The notes beneath the pieces are model-generated. The model was not told where the DNA came from, searched no databases, and saw nothing but the letters and a program-made list of their open reading frames with translations. The position numbers were made by a program, and so were the translations under genes. Shown piece by piece: positions 57,266-64,000 of a stretch of DNA of 64,000 nucleotides; the first letter of the stretch is position 1; every line of letters starts with the position of its first letter. The DNA is from Candidatus Omnitrophota bacterium (GTDB lineage Bacteria > Omnitrophota > Gorgyraeia > 2-01-FULL-45-10): positions 165,269 through 229,268 of the forward strand of contig JBAZKH010000003.1 of the NCBI GenBank assembly GCA_041650935.1. Reading direction: 5' to 3'.

Positions 57266-58978
57266 TTACTGCTCTAACTGCGTAACCCTCATTATCTCTT
57301 CGACCGTCGTCACTCCCGACCGGATCTTTTCCCATCCATCCTGCAGTAATGTGCGCATACCGAGCTCGACAGCCTTCTTTTTTATTACCTCGGAAGGTGT
57401 CTTCTTGATAATAAGCTCCCTGATCTCGTCGGTAACTATAAGTATCTCGTAGATGCCCGTCCTGCCCGAGTATCCTGTATGGTTGCACGCCTTGCATCCC
57501 CGGCCATGGTAGGCAACTATCTCTTTGGACATATTTATACCGTCGATCTTAAGCTTCCCGTTTTTAAGCGCTATCTCTTCTTTGCAATTCTTGCATATGA
57601 GCCGCACCAGCCTCTGCGCGATAAACGCGTTGACCGAAGACGCCACAAGATAAGGCTCTACCCCGATATCTATAAGGCGCGTCGCGCCGCTGGCGGCGTC
57701 GTTGGTATGGATGGTGGAGAAGACTAAATGGCCCGTAAGGGCCGTCTGTATGGTAACGTCTGCTGTCTCGACGTCGCGCACTTCGCCGACCATCATTATA
57801 TCCGGATCGTGTCTGAGCATACTCCGGAGCATCGTAGCAAACGTGAGACCTATCTTAGGATTTATCTGTGTCTGCGATATGCCCTTAAGCTCGTACTCTA
57901 TCGGATCCTCGATGGTCACTATCTTCACTTCGCGCGTATTGAGCTTGCTCAAACACGCGTAGAGCGTTGTCGTCTTGCCGCTTCCCGTAGGGCCCGTGAC
58001 GAAGATTATGCCATGGGGCTGGCTGATAAGCTCCATCAGGATCTTATCATCACCTTTAGACATACCGAGATCGGCAATGCTGAAGAGCATCGTCGTCGGC
58101 AGGATCCTTATTACTATATTCTCGCCGTAAAGCGTCGGTATCGCGGAGATACGCAGCTCGTATTCTTTCTGGCCGATGCGCACCTTCGCCCTGCCGTCCT
58201 GCGGCAGGCGCCTTTCCACTATATCCATATTGGCCATTATCTTGATGCGCGATATGACGGCCGGATAGAGATATTTGATATTTTCACTTACCTGGGTGTC
58301 ATAAAGGATGCCGTCTATCCTGTAACGCAGGAATACATCCTCCCTGAAATGCTCGAGATGGATATCGGTAGCCCTGTCGTTTATCGCCTGCTGCAGGATC
58401 TGGTTGACGAGCTTGATAACAGAGGCATCGCCGGCTAATTTTTCGAGATCCTCGACCTTCTCCCTCTCGGCGACATCGATCGGGGTAGACCGGTCTTCTT
58501 CCTTCGAGAGAAGGCTCTCTATGGTATCCGCGCCGACGCCGTAATATTTTTTTATGGCTTCCGCTATATCCGAGGGCGCCGACAGCACCCTTTCCACTTT
58601 ATAACCAAGGTGCGCTTCCAGGTCATCTACCGGCCACATATCGAAAGGATCCGAGACCGCCAGCGTCAGTATATTATTATCGATATTCACCGGTATAATC
58701 TTGTAATGCCATATGAATTTTGCCGGGACGCCCTTTATGGCTTTGTCGCTTATGTGGATATCTTTGATATCCACGAAGAGCATACCCTGCTGTTCGGCAA
58801 GCGCCTCCAGCATCTGTTTTTCGGTCACAAATTTCAACCTCACCAGGATCCTGCCGAGCGCCTCGCCGGTCTTCAGTTGTTCCTCAACGGCCATCTTCAG
58901 CCGTTCCTGTGTGGTAAAACCTTTTTTAACCAGAATATCGCCTATTCGTAACGCCATATCATAGCTCCTTGTAACCAT
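57266..58978 (-). CDS. gspE: GspE/PilB-family secretion ATPase
   Basis: N-terminal GspE_N domain, Walker A GPTGSGKTTT, Asp and His boxes, and a tetracysteine zinc site CKNC...CKAC. Confidence 0.95.
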   Translation of the reverse strand: MVTRSYDMALRIGDILVKKGFTTQERLKMAVEEQLKTGEALGRILVRLKFVTEKQMLEALAEQQGMLFVDIKDIHISDKAIKGVPAKFIWHYKIIPVNIDNNILTLAVSDPFDMWPVDDLEAHLGYKVERVLSAPSDIAEAIKKYYGVGADTIESLLSKEEDRSTPIDVAEREKVEDLEKLAGDASVIKLVNQILQQAINDRATDIHLEHFREDVFLRYRIDGILYDTQVSENIKYLYPAVISRIKIMANMDIVERRLPQDGRAKVRIGQKEYELRISAIPTLYGENIVIRILPTTMLFSIADLGMSKGDDKILMELISQPHGIIFVTGPTGSGKTTTLYACLSKLNTREVKIVTIEDPIEYELKGISQTQINPKIGLTFATMLRSMLRHDPDIMMVGEVRDVETADVTIQTALTGHLVFSTIHTNDAASGATRLIDIGVEPYLVASSVNAFIAQRLVRLICKNCKEEIALKNGKLKIDGINMSKEIVAYHGRGCKACNHTGYSGRTGIYEILIVTDEIRELIIKKTPSEVIKKKAVELGMRTLLQDGWEKIRSGVTTVEEIMRVTQLEQ

Positions 58979-59006
58979 GGCTGCCGGTAGTCAGGTCACC
59001 GGCGAC

Positions 59007-61266
<2,260 letters not shown>

Positions 61267-61271
61267 TGTTT

Positions 61272-62723
61272 TTAGCGCTTACGCTCCTTGAAAAACTTCG
61301 TTATACATTCATCGCAGCGTCTCTTATCGTTATCACCGAATTCCCGGCCTATTTCAAGCTTCTTAGCCATGTCCGGGTAATCCTCAACGAGAAAGGCATA
61401 GATGCCGTTCTTAAAGATCTCGCATTCTTCAACCGGCAGGTTATCCAGCGCTCCGGCCCGCAACGCGTAGAAGAAGATAAGTTGTTCGGCTAGCGGCGAC
61501 GGGCGGTTATTCTCCTGCATCAATATAAGCTCTATCCGTTCTCCGTGCTTAAGGCGCGCCTTCACGTCTTCGGATACGGCCGCCCTCAGTCTTGTAGCCT
61601 TAAGGAGTTCTTTATACTGGATGTAAGCCAGGCCCAGGTCCTTCGTCAGCTCCCTCATGAGCGGAGACTGGACCTTATTACCGATACGTGAAACAGATAG
61701 CCCGATATCTATGGCCGGCTTAAAACCTTCGGCAAATAGGACGGAGTTCAGGAAGACCTGGCCGTCCGTCATCGATATGGCATTGGTGGGTATGAAGCCG
61801 GTAATATCCCCCTGGAGCGTCGAGACGATAGGCAGTAACGTCATCGAGCCGCCGCCCAGGCGGGGAGCCAATTTAGCGCCGCGCTCCATGAGCTGGGCAT
61901 GCAGATAGAAGATATCGCCCGGATAGGCCTCTCTGCCGGGGGCCCTGCCCAAAAGAAGCGAAAGCTCGCGGTATGCCCAGGCGTGCTTAGTAAGGTCGTC
62001 GAATACTACGAGCACATCTTTGCCGGAATACATGAAATATTCGCCGAGCGTAGCGGCGGCATACGGGGCGAGATATTGCTCGCCGATCGAGGAAGAGGCA
62101 AGCGCGGCGACGACAATGGTGTAATCAAAAGCCCCCGTTTCCGAAAAACGCGTCAGGACCTTCTCGAACGAAGCATAATCGCGGCCGATACAGCAATAGA
62201 TACATACGGCATCTTTACCCTTCTGGTTTATTATGGAATCTATCGTTATGGCGGTCTTGCCGGTCATGCGGTCACCGATGATAAGCTGTCTCTGACCCTT
62301 GCCTATCGGGAGCAGCGCATCTATTATGCGTATGCCGGTCGAGAACATATCTTCGATCGGGACCCTGTCGAGTATAGCCGCGGCGTCCCTGAATATATAT
62401 TCGAAACCATCCGCTCTTATATGGCCTTTGCCGTCGAGAGGCTGGCAGAGAGGATTCACTACCCTGCCGATAAAATCCTTTCCCACAGGTATCCTGAATG
62501 CCTCCTCCTCCGAAGATACCTCTTCCCCCGCCTTTATCTCCGTCGGGTTACCGAGGAGCAGCACCAACACTTCATCTTCGGTAAAGCCCATTACAAAACC
62601 CTTTGTCCTGTCACTAAAATTCACAAGCTGGCCCAGCATACAATTCGGCAGGCCCTCTATCTTGACGATAGATCTCCTTATCTCCTTTATCCTGCCTACC
62701 TCTTTAACGCTTACGGTGTTCAT
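61272..62723 (-). CDS. atpA: F1 ATP synthase alpha subunit
   Basis: GDRMTGKTAITIDSIINQ P-loop. 483 aa. Confidence 0.9.
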   Translation of the reverse strand: MNTVSVKEVGRIKEIRRSIVKIEGLPNCMLGQLVNFSDRTKGFVMGFTEDEVLVLLLGNPTEIKAGEEVSSEEEAFRIPVGKDFIGRVVNPLCQPLDGKGHIRADGFEYIFRDAAAILDRVPIEDMFSTGIRIIDALLPIGKGQRQLIIGDRMTGKTAITIDSIINQKGKDAVCIYCCIGRDYASFEKVLTRFSETGAFDYTIVVAALASSSIGEQYLAPYAAATLGEYFMYSGKDVLVVFDDLTKHAWAYRELSLLLGRAPGREAYPGDIFYLHAQLMERGAKLAPRLGGGSMTLLPIVSTLQGDITGFIPTNAISMTDGQVFLNSVLFAEGFKPAIDIGLSVSRIGNKVQSPLMRELTKDLGLAYIQYKELLKATRLRAAVSEDVKARLKHGERIELILMQENNRPSPLAEQLIFFYALRAGALDNLPVEECEIFKNGIYAFLVEDYPDMAKKLEIGREFGDNDKRRCDECITKFFKERKR

Positions 62724-62781
62724 TTTCCTCCGGTATCTGTTAAAACATCCGGCAGCACACCTTTTGGAGGTGCGCTGCTAC

Positions 62782-62994
62782 TCACCTGCTGAACAGCTGA
62801 AAGACCACGAGCAGCGAGATAACAGCCACCGCTTCCGCGAATATAAGGGCTATTATCATAGCAAGCAATATCTTCGGCGCCGAAGACGGATTTCTCCCAA
62901 GCGCCCGTATCGAGCCATACGCTATTATCCCTATAACCGTCGATGGCCCCAGGATAGTGGCAAGCATAAGTACGATTATGAGCAGTGTACGCAT
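62782..62994 (-). CDS. atpE: F0 ATP synthase c subunit
   Basis: 70 aa helical hairpin with a polar loop RNPS and a conserved carboxylate in ALIFAEAVAV. Confidence 0.8.
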   Translation of the reverse strand: MRTLLIIVLMLATILGPSTVIGIIAYGSIRALGRNPSSAPKILLAMIIALIFAEAVAVISLLVVFQLFSR

Positions 62995-63148
62995 AGTGAA
63001 GCTCCTCCGCCTTACAGTGGCGGCTTCTCTTCCAGCAGGGTTCCGTTCAAGCGGAGCGGAACCCTGAACCGAAAGCCATTCACCTACACCCTTACAGGCG
63101 TGGCTTTCTGGTTCATGGGTGAGTCAGTTCCTAGTGTTAGGCCACACG
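62995..63148 (-). promoter_or_regulatory. Conserved leader element upstream of atpE (copy B)
   Basis: Shares three colinear blocks with the HD-GYP leader at 9691..9790 (see the finding below). Confidence 0.5.
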
Positions 63149-63862
63149 TCATTTCAGTCTCTCCTGTATCTGTTTCAGCTTATTCTCGAGACTGCCGTCG
63201 ATTATAAGGCTGTCCAATTTTATCACGACACCGGCGACGAGCGCTTTATCCAAGCTCTCGGTTAAAGTAATCGTCCGGCCCACGCGCTCGTTTATAAGAG
63301 CGGCTATCTTTTCTTTATCCTGTTTCTTCACCGCACAGGGCGTAAGAAATTCGGCCCTGGATGACTTCACCTTGAACATCTCCTTCTCCATCTTCTTTAT
63401 CTTATCTATGACGCCTTTTACCAGGTCCTCATGCATCATCTCCCGCGCTTCGGCGGGTAAGGCTTCCTTGAAGATACGCAATGCCGCGGCGGGGATCATA
63501 CCTTTCAACTCGTTATATATCTCTTCCTTTATCTTTTCTTTGGAATTGACCGCGGCCTTTACCATATCCTCGGCCTTATCGCGCGCTTTTTCGACGAGAG
63601 AATCTTTCATCCGCTCGGCCTCTTTTTCTTTGGCGCTCATATAATCCTGGGCCTCTTTTTCGGCCCTGGCCACCTTCTCCTCGGCGTCCCTGACAGCCGC
63701 ATCTATCCTCACCTGCAGCTCTTTCTCTTTCCTGGTAAACTCCTCCCTCAGCTTCGCCAGTCTCGCGGCTTCCTTGGCGGTTTCATTATACAAAAGTTTC
63801 TTCAGCACAAGCACTATCACCAGAAACGTTATTATCTGGATTATGATCAATTGTATAAGCAT
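63149..63862 (-). CDS. atpF: F0 b subunit fused to a delta (OSCP) C-terminal-like domain
   Basis: N-terminal TM plus a long coiled coil (b subunit). C-terminal ...ALVAGVVIKLDSLIIDGSLENKLKQIQERLK matches the delta C-terminal IDGS motif. Confidence 0.6.
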   Translation of the reverse strand: MLIQLIIIQIITFLVIVLVLKKLLYNETAKEAARLAKLREEFTRKEKELQVRIDAAVRDAEEKVARAEKEAQDYMSAKEKEAERMKDSLVEKARDKAEDMVKAAVNSKEKIKEEIYNELKGMIPAAALRIFKEALPAEAREMMHEDLVKGVIDKIKKMEKEMFKVKSSRAEFLTPCAVKKQDKEKIAALINERVGRTITLTESLDKALVAGVVIKLDSLIIDGSLENKLKQIQERLK

Positions 63863-63882
63863 GTGTCCTCTCTTATATTATC

Positions 63883-64000
63883 TCACTCTTCTACAACCGC
63901 TACCAGCTCATCGCCGGCCATGCGCACGGCACCGCGTTTTATGGGAATCCTATTCTGGCCGTTAACGATTATCTTTCCTTTTTTTAACAGGCTGACAATA
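63883..64000 (-). CDS. Partial CDS (C-terminal 38 aa ...KGKIIVNGQNRIPIKRGAVRMAGDELVAVVEE) of unknown identity, upstream of atpF
   Basis: Open frame running to the window edge, with an RBS-like AGAGAGGA before atpF. No family recognised. Confidence 0.3.
   Translation of the reverse strand, partial: IVSLLKKGKIIVNGQNRIPIKRGAVRMAGDELVAVVEE

Overview
The window is a 64 kb, moderately GC-rich bacterial chromosomal segment. It appears to come from a diderm organism (TolC and pseudopilins are present) with a CPR/Omnitrophota-like gene complement. Almost all genes lie on the minus strand. Housekeeping and metabolic content runs in this order: partial uppP; a PAS histidine kinase; a glycerol operon (glpK, a GlpA-like FAD dehydrogenase with a BFD 2Fe-2S domain, a second flavoprotein and DUF1667) followed by a lipase and an M28 peptidase; an HD-GYP phosphodiesterase; a TMEM175-like channel; an archaemetzincin; a ferredoxin-nitroreductase; a DUF3999/DUF2339 pair; an ABC-F ATPase; CorA; SUI1; a LuxC/LuxE-like fatty-acyl reductase pair; an ABC-2 exporter; three consecutive receiver-domain proteins; an AT-rich islet carrying a YhcG-type PDDEXK nuclease; a GH5 hydrolase; a GGDEF cyclase; Tpx; two MFS transporters; SerS with the RtcB ligase and archease; GalT; a YbhGFSR-like TolC/HlyD/ABC efflux operon; a hybrid type II secretion / type IV pilus operon (GspE, F, G, minor pseudopilins, GspK, fused PilM-PilN, PilO-like) with no secretin; and an atypical F-type ATP synthase operon in the order (b fused to the delta C-terminus)-c-alpha-gamma-beta with no epsilon. 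Three tRNA-Ser genes (anticodons GGA, CGA and TGA) are on the minus strand. Two of them carry small att-flanked insertions (112 and 147 bp) whose stems show compensatory base changes, and a roughly 150 bp structured repeat follows two of them. Other non-coding signals are a conserved leader motif shared by the HD-GYP gene and the atp operon, two copies of a 30 bp perfect palindrome with a GTTTAAAC core inside operons, a 40 nt exact repeat, and a 65 nt repeat flanking both tRNA loci. No CRISPR array, rRNA or intact prophage was seen.
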